A stretch of 24,000 nt of DNA from Mycobacterium phage LilhomieP: the sequence record MK937612.1; one strand, 5' to 3'. The first letter of the stretch is position 1. Each line of letters starts with the position of its first letter. A program made the translations under genes and the position numbers. The notes under the pieces were generated by a model. That model made no database searches and had not been told where the DNA came from. It was given only the letters and a program-made list of their open reading frames with translations. Below are positions 23,703 to 24,000 of the stretch, in pieces.

Positions 23703-24000
23703 TCCCGATGTGATCCTCACAAACCGAGACGGCGATGTGTACCTCAAGCGCTGGCACATCATTCCGCGCAACCGGTTCTTCAACATCTACCTGCACCAGT
23801 TCCTGTCCAGCGATGACGACAGGGCCCTGCATGATCACCCGTGGTGGTTCGCCAGCCTGGTGTTGAAGGGCGGCTACTGGGAGCACCGCAAGACCGGCTG
23901 GGCGACATGGCGTGGCCCTGGATCTTTCGCGATCCGCAGGCCGAAGACCGCTCACCGTGTCGAGTTGGCCACCGAATTGGCCCACGTTGAGACGATCTTC
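23695..24000 (+). CDS. Cupin-like protein, 3'-truncated by the window
   Basis: ATG 23695; frame open to the window end: MRDPDVILTNRDGDVYLKRWHIIPRNRFFNIYLHQFLSSDDDRALHDHPWWFASLVLKGGYWEHR... Not in the ORF track because no stop is reached. Confidence 0.65.
   Translation, partial: MRDPDVILTNRDGDVYLKRWHIIPRNRFFNIYLHQFLSSDDDRALHDHPWWFASLVLKGGYWEHRKTGWATWRGPGSFAIRRPKTAHRVELATELAHVETIF

Noticed and set aside
1-24000. tRNA genes, CRISPR arrays, integrase, transposase, retron or toxin-antitoxin pair
   Set aside because: I saw no T-loop-like GTTCRANNC in a cloverleaf context, no regularly spaced repeats, and no motif-supported recombinase or reverse transcriptase. A tRNAscan/Infernal and HMM run would be needed to be sure.

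Overview
The window is contiguous actinobacteriophage or prophage DNA, GC-rich and tightly packed. It reads left to right as follows. (1) A forward tail module: the 3' part of a receptor-binding or minor tail protein, a Gly-rich tail protein and further minor tail genes. (2) A forward lysis cassette: amidase-type LysA, a small membrane-associated protein, a holin and a LysB cutinase-like esterase. LysB implies a mycolic-acid host. A NrdH/glutaredoxin-like gene follows. (3) A convergent terminator and then a leftward operon (about 8.1-11.7 kb) of small unknown genes, a lipoprotein, a Cys-rich protein and a nucleotidyltransferase-like protein. (4) A divergent, structurally rich regulatory region of about 0.55 kb (11.71-12.27 kb). 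(5) A rightward recombination/replication module: small membrane proteins, ERF annealase, PD-(D/E)XK exonuclease, an unexpected ClpP-like protease, two HNH/Zn proteins, SSB, a candidate helicase loader, DnaB helicase, WhiB, an Hjc/PD-(D/E)XK-like nuclease, a second WhiB with a C-terminal extension, and a cupin-like ORF running off the end. The best leads are a recurrent CTGTAATC/GATTACAG motif found in noncoding gaps upstream of several genes, the hairpin and palindrome content of the divergent region, the ClpP-like protease in the recombination module, the WhiB-HTH-like fusion and several micro-membrane ORFs missing from the supplied ORF track. I saw no tRNA, CRISPR array, integrase or transposase. 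No database search was possible, so family names rest on recognised motifs.
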